This document shows, one piece after another, positions 42,038 to 52,930 of a DNA stretch of 64,000 bases. A model generated the notes under the pieces. The model saw only the letters and a program-made list of their open reading frames with translations. It ran no database searches and was not told the DNA's origin. Position 1 is the stretch's first letter. Every line of letters starts with the position of its first letter. The stretch lies in contig MCFE01000042.1 of the NCBI GenBank assembly GCA_002104905.1, forward strand, positions 124,001 to 188,000, given 5' to 3'. The DNA comes from Basidiobolus meristosporus CBS 931.73 (lineage: Eukaryota; Fungi; Basidiobolomycota). The position numbers and the translations under genes were made by a program.

Positions 42038-45000
42038 ATGCCGTCTGTTAACACCGAGGCAAAACACTACCAGTTTACCGTTGAGGAGAAGCGCCTTTGG
42101 GTCAGATGGAAGGTGTACGGGGAGGCTGGCACTGGGAATACCCCTATTGTCCAATACATCAACGGAAAGCTCGATGTTGATAGGTTTCTCGATGCAATTG
42201 CAGCGGCAGTGGCCCAGTTCAATGCACTCCAACTTTACTGTGTGGAGGCCGAAGATGGAACTGGCGCTTTTGTCAAATGCTCTGAAGAGGAGCTTCTGAG
42301 CCGCTCGTTTGTTGGCTATCATGACTTTTCCCAGGATGAAAATCCTGAGGTTTCTGCTCGCGATTTTGCGTGTGGTTTTGTTGGCAAGGGCTTCAATATA
42401 GAGAAATTTCCCTTACACGAGCATGCGCTTATCAAGTATGACGATGACAAATACATGTATGCCACTCATTTTGCGCATATTATTATCGATGGAAGATCGT
42501 GGAGATTGTTTGCATCTCTACTATCAGCTATCTACCAGACGGATCCCGAGGCTGGTTTATCCTCGCAAGTTGGCTGTTTCAGCAAGTATGCAGATCGAGA
42601 GGACTACCGCAGATTGACGGAGGGCTATAGAGATGCCAAAGCTCAACTTGACGAGAAATCCTCTGTTCATTGGGAAAAAACCCTGAAGGATGCCAAATTT
42701 TTACTAGACTTTTCGAACAGACTGCCAACTAGAAGCAGTCATCAAGGGAGCGTAAACTCTGGGACACGTTTGCGACAAAAAATCCCTAGAAAACTCTCGG
42801 AGTCCATGGATAGTTTCGCTAGAGCTGAGAGTACTACCTTCTTCTGTATCTTTGCCACAGCAGTGAACGTTCTCCTCTATCGCTACTTTGGTCAAGACGA
42901 CATAACAATTGCGTATGCAGTAGATGCCAGACCGATAAAGCAGAGCCAATTCATGAGCTTATTGGATGGATTCTGTGTCAATGACATGCTTCTTCGAACC
43001 CAAATCGATCCAGGATTAACCTTCCGGAAACTCTGCCAACAGGTATCTGCTCAGCGCTGGGAGGATCGTAGACATCAATACTATCCGCTCATAGATGAGA
43101 TCATGCCCCAGGTTCGAAAGCAATACCCAGACTTGGAAGGCAGCTTTTCCAACATCATGATCACGCAATCACCTCTTCACAGAAATGTCTTGCAGCTAGG
43201 CTCGGGGATTCGATGCGACCCCGATGAGAATGAAATCACCTACGAAGATACCAATTACGATCTGACATTCATTATTGATGAGCATGACTTTAAGTATGGT
43301 GCGGGAGCTGTCGAGTATACTTTGTTCTACCGAAACTCAAAAGTTTGACCCCGAGTTTTCTCGAAGGATGTCCGAGAACCTAATTACGCTGCTAGAAAGC
43401 GTCTTTGGGGAAAAGGGCGAGCTGGATACACCAATTAGCCATTCATCAATTCTATGCAAGAAGGAGATTCAGCTGCTCCAGTCTTGGAATAATACACATA
43501 AAGCAGAGTATGTTGACGGAAAGACTATTCTGGAGCCTATCCGTAGCCAAGTACGAAAGAACCCAACCGCGCTGGCTTTGATCAGCGATGAGGAGAATTT
43601 AACTTACGGGGAGCTGTGGAACGGGGCAAATCAGCTGGCCAGACATCTAATAGACCTGATGGTTAAGCCCGAGACTCTTGTCTGTATGTTGATGAGCCGT
43701 TCAGTCCACGCGTTCGTCACCACTATTGGCATACTCAATTCAGGCGCAGCTTACCTGCCAGTCGACCCAGCCTACCCTATTGATCGAATTGAGTTCATGC
43801 TGGAAGAATCGGAGTCGAAATACATGGTGACCGAAAGAAAGTTATACGAGAGTAGCGACCGCCTTCGTTCTTTGATTGACAGCTTCCCGGGCGTGGTTGT
43901 ATTCTATGACGATCCAGCCTGGCGAGATACCGTTTCTGAGCAAGAGCTGGAGCCCATTGCCAACCCGGACAACCTTGCCTATGTTATTTTTACTTCGGGG
44001 TCAACCGGAAAGGTATGAACATATAATCCACCATCTCGAAAAACTTACTAAAATGATTCACCTAGCCCAAGGGTGTGATGATGGCCCACTCATCCCTACG
44101 AAACTTGGCACGATGCTATGCGAATGCCTTTCAGATTGACGACACAGCGAGAGTGCTGCAGTTCAGTTCGATTTGCTTTGATGCAACTGTGGGCGACTGG
44201 GCCAGTGCTTTTAGCTCCGGTGGGGCATTGGTGGTTGTCAACTCGGCTGCCCATCTAGTTGGCTCTGGTTTCATGGATACAGTCTATCGTCACAAAGTGA
44301 CATATTGCCTCATTCCCACCTCAATGCTGAACACCTTCCCAGAGGAAGAGGTGTATAAGCTAGCGAGCATGAGAGCCCTCTCGATCGGAGCTGAGCCTCC
44401 CAACCTACAACTGATGACCCGTTGGAAAGATCACGGATTTATGCTGATGAATTCGTATGGCCCTACGGAGACTTGTGTGATTGCAAATACCACTCAATTT
44501 ACTGGTGAGAAGCATTACGCTTGCATAGGAAAGCTACTGCCAAATTACCAAGCGTTTATGCTGGATAATAATCAGCAAGTGTTGCCAGCGGGAATCATTG
44601 GCGAAATGTGCATCGCCGGTGCCGGTCTTGCTCGAGGATTTATTAACCAGCCTGTTCTGACAGATCAACTCTACCCTACTGTTGATTTGGCAGGGTTTGG
44701 TCCGGTGAGAGTCTATCGCAGCGGAGATGTTGCTTTATTCCATGATGATGGCGAGGTTCAATTCATCGGACGGATTGATTTCCAGGTGAAAATCCGCGGA
44801 TTCCGCATAGAGCTGGGAGAAATCGAGAACAACATCCGACAACAAAGCGCGGTTGATGTCAAGGATGCAGTAGTAATGGCACAGGACGACAAAATGGGGA
44901 TCAAGCGATTGGTTGGCTACGTTGTACTCGAACCACACCAGAAGGAGCAGGAGCATAAAGCCCTAGCGTCCAAGATCCGTCAGGAGCTGAAGCGCCTGGT

Positions 45001-48000
45001 CCCACCGCACATGGTTCCGAGTCACATTCTGATCATGCAGGAGTTTCCTGTCTCTCCTAACGGGAAAATCGAGCGCAAGTTATTCCCAAATCCGGTGGCA
45101 AATATCTCGGAGAACGACTTGAATGAAGCATGGTCGAATACTGCCTCCGAATCCAGTGATCAGAAGTCAAGTCTTCAGGCTAGGTTAGAGAAACTCTTCG
45201 CCCAACTACTTGATCTGGACCATATTGGCGTGAACGAAAACTTCTTTGACTTGGGCGCGAATTCCCTGCTTATTGTGAAGGCCCATTCTATCATCAAGAA
45301 GATAGATAAATTTGCAAACTTCTCGCTAGTACACTTATTCAAGTATCCCTCCATTCATGCGCTAGCTCAACATCTCGAGGAGAATTCAACCAAGAAACCC
45401 CAACCAGTCGAGCGTGACAGTAAGGATGAGATAAGCAATTTGGAAGCTGGCAACGAGGGGCAGTCCATACATTTGGATGAAATCGCTATTATTGGTATAT
45501 CCTGCCGCGCTCCTGGTGCAGATAACCATGAACAGTTCTGGGAAAATCTTCGTAACGGTGAAGAGAGCATTTCGTTCTATACGAATGAGGAGCTTCTAGC
45601 AGCCGGTGTTTCCCCTGCGGAGTTGAGCAATCCAAACTATGTGAAAGCACTTGGCGCTATGAATCCAGAATCCATTCAAACTTTTGATGCTGACTTTTTC
45701 GGAATGGCTCCACGGGAGGTATTGGTGACTGACCCCCAACAAAGAATCTTCTTGGAGTGCAGCTGGGAGGCATTGGAGAACGCTGGGTACAACTCGGCAG
45801 GCTATACAGGGAAAGTCGGCGTTTACGCCGGTGTCGGTATAAACCACTATCTCCATAACTATATCTTGCCACAAGAAGATTTGGTGCAAGATATGGGTGC
45901 CTATCCAGTCATGATAGGTAACTCTCCCGATTTTCTAGCTACTCGAGTTGCCTATAAACTTGCCCTTCGTGGTCCTGCTATCACCGTTCAAACAGCTTGT
46001 TCAACCTCACTTGTTGCTGTTCATCAAGCCAAGAATGCCATACGCAACGGTGAATGTGACATGGCCCTGGCAGGTGGAGTTTCATTGGGATCATTGGAAA
46101 AAAGCGGTTATGTATATCGTGAGGGAATGGTTGCTTCGCCCGACGGACATTGTAGGGCCTTTGACCAAAACTCCAAAGGCACTGTTCTGGGACAAGGGTG
46201 CGGTGTCGTACTCCTAAAATCGTTAGCTAAAGCGATTGCAGATAAAGACAACATATATGCTGTACTGAAGGGCTCTGGAGTCAACAACGATGGTTCCCTC
46301 AAAGTTGGCTTCACTGCGCCTAGTGTTCAGATGCAGGCGAGTGCCATCACTAGCGCACACCAGGATGCTAAAGTTAGCCCTAAAGACATTTCTTACGTCG
46401 AAACTCATGGTACCGGCACCATTGTTGGTGATGTTATCGAGCTGGAGGCCCTGAATGATGCTTTCACCAACAATCAAGTGGCACACCATGAGCGATATTG
46501 TGCGATCACGTCCGTCAAGACCAACATTGGTCATACCGATTCTGCTGCTGGTGTAATTGGTCTTATCAAGGTGTCACTGGCATTGTACAATGAGTACATA
46601 CCTCCCCATCTCCATTTCAGGGAGCCGAATGCCCAAGTAGATTGGGCTAACAGCCCATTTTATGTGAATACAAAATTGACTCCTTGGAAGAGAACCGAGG
46701 GAGTGCCTCGTATTGCAGGAATTAGTTCATTCGGAATGGGAGGGACCAACGCTCATGCTATTCTGAGTGAATCACCAGTATCGATCAGCAAGGAAACGTC
46801 GGATTCCAAACTCCCTTGGTATCTACTGAACATATCCGCCTTCAACGACTGGTCTTTGAAAGAAAATACCAAGAACCTTGTAAGTTGGGTTCGTTCTCAA
46901 CAAGGAGTCAGGTGGGACTTGAAAGATATTGCTTGCACGTTGGCCATCCATCGGTCACAATTTCCGAAGAGACAGGCATTGCTAGTTCAAAATATCTCCG
47001 AACTAACCAGCCTAGATGAAAGTGGTCTAAGCGATAGAATAGTTTCCACCCCGAGAAAGAATGGACTATCCACCACCAATTCATTGGCCAGCCTGAAGGA
47101 AGTCACCGAGAAAGACAAGCATACTGTCTTCCTGTTACCTGGACAAGGTTCACAATACATATCAATGGGCCGAGATTTGTATAAGCACTACAAAACGTTT
47201 GCTAGTGTTATCGACGAATGTCTGCAATATGCAAACGATTTTAATGAGAGCTTACATCTCTCAGATATATTTTTCAATGCAACCGACCCTGAGACGATAC
47301 AGCTTCACGGAAATATGTCAGCCATTGATGTTCATCGTCGAGTATGCCCTGGCCAAAACCCTTGAATCTTGGGGGATACAGCCAGACAGCATGATTGGGC
47401 ACAGCCTCGGCGAGTATGTAGCCGCGTGCTTATCGGGAGTCTTTACACTAGAAGATGCTCTTAAAGTAGTGATATTCCGTGGTGCATTAATGAACTCACT
47501 ACAGTCGGATAGTGCTATGTTGAGTGTTCGTTCATCTGAGGTTGATTTAGAAGCCCATATCGAGAGAATTGGAAGAGAGCGGTTCGACTATGCGGTGAAA
47601 AACTCCCAGGAGCATTGGGTGATAGCTGGTGAGGCAAAGGATATAGAGAACTTGCAGATTTCATTATCCACCGCTTCTATTTCTTGTCGACTATTGAAAA
47701 CCAGCCATGGATTCCATTCCAGATTTATGAATCCTTTGCTGGATTCGTTCTCGCTGTTCTTATCTAGTATTCCTCTGAATGAACCGAAAGTCCCCTTTGT
47801 CTCCTGTGTCTCTGGCACATGGATTACTGGTGTGGACGCTACTAGGGTTAGCTACTGGGTTGAGCATCTTCGTAATCAATGTCGTTTCGGGGAGGCTGCA
47901 CAGTTTTTACTCAAGAATCAACATTCAGAAACTGTGTTCATAGAGGTTGGCCCTGGAAGAGGCCTAAGTACATTGATCAAGGTAAACGCCATCCAATTGA

Positions 48001-49541
48001 ATGTCAGCCATGTTACAACGCCGGAGGTCACAACTATCACCACAATGCCTGCACCGTCTACTGCACCAGTTGCTGCCAAAAAAGCGGAAGACTCTGAGAC
48101 CTTTGCAGTGGTCAAGGCCCTGGCTCAGCTCTGGAGTGAAGGCCTTCAAGTGAGATGGGATGTATACTACTCGTTGAAGGAATCGCCATCGCAAAAGGTT
48201 CCGCTTCCTTCCTATGCATTTGATCGCAAACGTCATATGCTGAAGAAAGCCAGAGCCTCTTTCACCTCTGTTGCAACAGTCGATATCAAGGCCAATCAAG
48301 AAAGACCTAGTATCCCTATTCCTGAGGATTCCATTCTTGAACAGATCACGCCCACTGAAGAGATGATTCAGAAAGTCTGGCAAAGCTTCTTGTATTTGGA
48401 TTCCCCACCATCGGTCGAATCTGATTACTTTGAGCTTGGAGGGGACTCCATGATGGCAGTTCAGCTTGTTGGGAAAATATCTGAGCTTTTTCCTGGAGTG
48501 GATCTAGGAATACATGCCTTATTGAGGAATCCCACCATCAAGGGATTAGCAAAGGTCATTGACTCAATGACCATCTCAAATGCCAGCAATGGGGATGATA
48601 CAGCAGCCGAGTCAAATGTAAACGACTCCACCTCGACACTTCGGACCATTAATCTCTCAAGCTCGAACGATGAGATATTGGTTCAATTGAAGAACGGCCT
48701 TGGAAATCCCGTGTTCTTGGTTCATCCAGTGGGGGGAGACATCTTTGGCTTCCGCTCCCTGATCAATCAGCTTGCAAGTAACATTACTGTCTATGCCTTC
48801 CGGGCACCCTTCTTTACGGAGTCTCGCAAATCTCCTTATGCAGACGTCAAGGAAATGGCTGCGGCTTATGTGCAGCTTTTGCTATCAAAGTTGGACGCAA
48901 ACTCTCGACAAAATATCCATTTGGGAGGTCACTCAATGGGCGGCGTAGTTGTGTATGAGATGGTTCAGCAATTGAATTCTTTGGGCTGCAATGTCAGCAG
49001 AATCATACTATTAGATCCTCCGCTTAATCCTGTCTCTTCGAGTGTTTTAGCAAGATCCTACTTTATGCCTGTGCTTGAGGACCCAGTCGATATAGCGGAG
49101 TATATATTCGGCCATCGAGTTAACCTTCCACCGGATGATAGAGCAGAGCTGGCTCACCTGCCGCTCACGGTTGCTATCTCAAAAGTATGCTCATTACTCT
49201 CCCGTGATATAGAGACGCTCGGCTTGAAGAAGTTGAGCGGATTGTCACCGGATGTTGTACTTTCTATTGGACGCACATGGGCCCATCATTACCTCATCAT
49301 GCGAGACTATCAACCTGAACCGATTCCGTTTAGAGAAAAGAATCGAGAGAATATTGTTCTGTATATCAAGAATTCTGAGGCAGACGGGTATTTCCCAACC
49401 TACGCCCATGTTGCATATCAAGATGCCATGCTCAGCGGTGGCTTCGATTTTAGACTTGTTCAGGTCCCTGGGAGTCATCAAACAATGCTGCTGGATCCAA
49501 ATGTCCAGTACATTGCTGCCGCTATCGTCCAATTTCTATGA
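42038..49541 (+). CDS. Hybrid NRPS-PKS, C-A-PCP-KS-AT-ACP-TE; intron 44013-44065; apparent frameshifts near 43339-43342 and 47303-47306
   Basis: C: AHIIIDG. A: TSGSTGK|PKG, FDATV, YGPTE, YRSGD, RGFRIELGEIE, NGKIER. PCP: FFDLGANS. KS: TACSTS, ETHGTGT, NIGH. AT: GQGSQ, GHSLGE, HGFH. ACP: FELGGDS. TE: GHSMGG...GSH. Confidence 0.93.
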
Positions 49542-51424
49542 GAATTTAAGAATCCATTGCAAGCCACATCAACAAAAATCGGATCAATAAAAAAATCCCA
49601 TTACCATGTGTTTCAGTTGAGGATTTTGGAACACACATCTGAAAATTCGAAGTGACGAAATAGAGTTAATATCTGATGATGGAATATATATAACCAACAT
49701 TAACTATAATCATTCGCTAAAGTTGTACGCTTTTCAATAAAAATGCCACGTCTCGCTATACCTATTCCATCGAAAGTTATTTTAATAGATGTCACAAAAA
49801 ACAGGGGATATAACATTTATGTGCCAAATGATAGTAAATATTTGTGGAAACAAAAGTTAGATCGTGGGGTAGTAACATTTAGGTACCTGCGGACCAGGGC
49901 TCATATTTTTCAAGATGATAGCAAAACAAGTCTGGGAAACAAAAACCAAAGGGTCTTGACAATATAGTGGCAAAGATTTGTAACTGGTAAACTTCCTTTT
50001 CAAAAGCCCCCAAACTTTACACATATGCTCTTGATACAGTCAGGAAGAGATCGTTAAGCCACCTCCACTTACATTAGCCAAATAGCTTTATGCATGTGGA
50101 AAGCCTTAGTGACGCAATTCTGTTAGGTGATTGAGATATGGAAAGAACATAATCCAAACGATATTGATATGACTATTCAACACGGACATACGAGTCTACC
50201 AGAAGTCTCACCTCATAAATACTGAAGAAACCCGCTCATTTGCAGAGCTCTCTGATGGCCTGTGACGAATCATAGCGCCATGAGTACATATTGTCTAAGT
50301 CGGAGTGATTACTGTCAAAGCCTATTTTTTTAGGTTGGGAATTCATGCATTCTCCGATCATTAACCTCATGATAAGAACTCGTCTCTCCTCTAGTATTCT
50401 TTACTTACCAGAGATGCTCCACCTGATTAACCATTTCCAAAGCAGAAAGTACGTGGCTATCATTACTTGAAAGCTATGTTTGGTGGATTCAATCTAATTG
50501 CGGATAATGACGATCATCGCAGTGTAGTCTAAGCCTGATATATTGGGCTTAATAGCTCACGGATATATTCCCATTTCCATTTTCCAGACGTGCCTTGTAT
50601 ATTTACTTGGGGATTAGTGGTGTGGTACGTATCTTTGATAGCCATCTGTACTTGAGGACCAGCGCCATTGAGTGAGTGTGCATGTGCTTGGACTTACAAC
50701 CAAATCATGTAATGTTGGCTAAGAATTCCACAAAAGGTTCGGGATACTAGTTAGACCACCGAATATACATGACAAAAATTATATTCGAATATTCCGTAAG
50801 TTAGCAACGTCCTTGCCGTTAAACATCCCATCGGGCGACTGAAACGAAACTGATTTGATTTGACATGAAGAGGACATAATAGGTAACTCATAAATGCCTA
50901 ATATGGAGAAATAATCATTCACTTTCTGGTTAAAGTATCGAAGTATTCTTCTTTGGGCGATCAGCGTACCAGCCATGTGGGGTAGATAGGATTAGCTCAG
51001 CTACATCATCAGAATATAGTAACTCAATGGTATTGATTAAGCAATTTGATTGGGATTGGCTTCTGGTTGACCGAATGTTGAGCAGAGCAGAACAATCGAT
51101 GAAACCAATGGAATGATGTATAAATCGGGTGCCCACCGCGCTTAGTTTTACTTGATCTATACCTTCTAATACCTTGTAATGGAATCATCAAAACTCTGCC
51201 CTCCCAGTGACTTTGTTAGTCAAGGTGTCACCGAGCTTATGTCTTACGAATCTGCTCTCAGGGCTGGAACCCCTCCATTTCCTGAGCACCTCGCTTCGCT
51301 GGAATAGCATATCACTCGCAGTCGCCAAGCTTCTCGCAACGCTATTCCTCACAGGAAGTCCCTCTCTGGTCTTGTAACACCCGAATTTCATCCTGATGTC
51401 GTCGCTGAGGAAAACCATTTGACT

Positions 51425-52036
51425 ATGGCTCAGATGTTTGACTGGTCTGAATTTCGCAATCCTAAGAACTGGCGTTCAGGTGATCACGAGCTATACTTGA
51501 TGGCATTATACGTCTTGGTTTCCTGTGGCGTAACCGCTTGGGCCGTCCAAGTCATTTCAATCCTCTTGTTACCTGGACTGCTGTATGAACTCATTTCTGC
51601 TCTATTTTTTGTGCCATTATCTATGTGTTTATGCACTGCTTTGGTGCTATTCTTTCTTCATATCGCTTGCGGTGAGGCGGTTAATGAAGTCACCAAACTC
51701 GGTTCCTGGGGTTTCAAGACTAATATCGTAGCTTTTGGTCAAACCTTCTGTCTGGAATTCTTTTGGTCATATGTTTGGATCACCTGAGGTACTGGTATCA
51801 ACTTTAAGCAACAAAAGGTCTTTGATCCCGTTGTCGGTCCTCCCTGTGTCGCCTTGGCTCTTGGTGTTAATGTTTTTGTTAGTGGTGGTATTACTGATGG
51901 ATTTTGTGGTGTCGGTGCCAACCCAGCTAAATTCTTGGGTGTAGTCGTTGCTTCTGGAATCTACCAAGAGTACAGGATCCCTTGCCCGAGGTCTCATGTA
52001 CCGGGTCATGAAGCTGAGTCATCGAAGAAGTGTTAA
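51425..52036 (+). CDS. Hypothetical multi-pass membrane protein interrupted by an in-frame TGA at 51785-51787 (pseudogene or readthrough)
   Basis: ORF 51419..51787 and the frame containing ORF 51854..52036 are the same frame, separated by a single TGA; the downstream codons look coding (GGT/GTC/ATC/AAC/TAC-rich). Confidence 0.5.
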
Positions 52037-52930
52037 GTCAATTAGAGTATATATATATATTGTGATGTTTATACCATGTATTGTAGACGGCTCTGTGCTT
52101 AGAGCTATATAATTTTGAACATACCTACTCCATAGATGCTATGATAATAACAATAATAACCGCAATATTAAAGTTTCGTTTTTTGCCGTAAGAAGTGATT
52201 TACAGAATCCAGATTTGTAAACTTCAACCATTTATCTGCCTACCATATTTCAAGTGGATTGCGATTTGAATAGGCAACCAGGCTCAAAAACACCAATATG
52301 GTTTCACTCTTGCCTATGTGCTTTAATATCAACTGTCAGGGATATCTGCTCGCGTGCCTTTGTGGCTTATAATTCTACTACTCTTACCACCATGAAAATC
52401 GGTGATCGGAGGGAATGTCATCATGGAGATCTCGAACCAATTATATGCAAAATGGTCAACTACATGATGAAACAGGATCTGTATCAAAGCGACGTTTTCT
52501 TAGATTCACAGATATTCAGAAAAAACTCAAAATCACAAAATTGGAAGGGTCCCAAAGATAGGCCGCAGATGGATTTTGCGCCTTCCAAAAGAAGCAGAGA
52601 TCCGTACAATTTCCATGTTTGGAGAGCGATTTGACAAATTGAGCTTAGTGACTTACCTACTATTTCGGGTCGGTTTTGGTAAACATTTGTCTAGCCATGG
52701 CTCTACAAAATAGAAAGCAAACCCCGGAATGATTCGGAGATACTACCGATTAGCCGCCTCAGTGAAAATTTCCACCGATCCGCATTAGCTATTTTGAGCC
52801 GAGCAACAAGGATCTCGAACAATGGGTGGTGGATATACGTTTAGTAGGACATGGAGCATTTGGGGAAAGACGAGGAATACTTAAACCCGTCTGTGGACCA
52901 GCTTTACACATCAACTACTCAGCTTTTCGA

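Noticed and set aside
51785-51787. Selenocysteine interpretation of the in-frame TGA
   Set aside because: No redox motif or known selenoprotein similarity and no SECIS recognisable by eye; kept only as an unresolved in-frame stop
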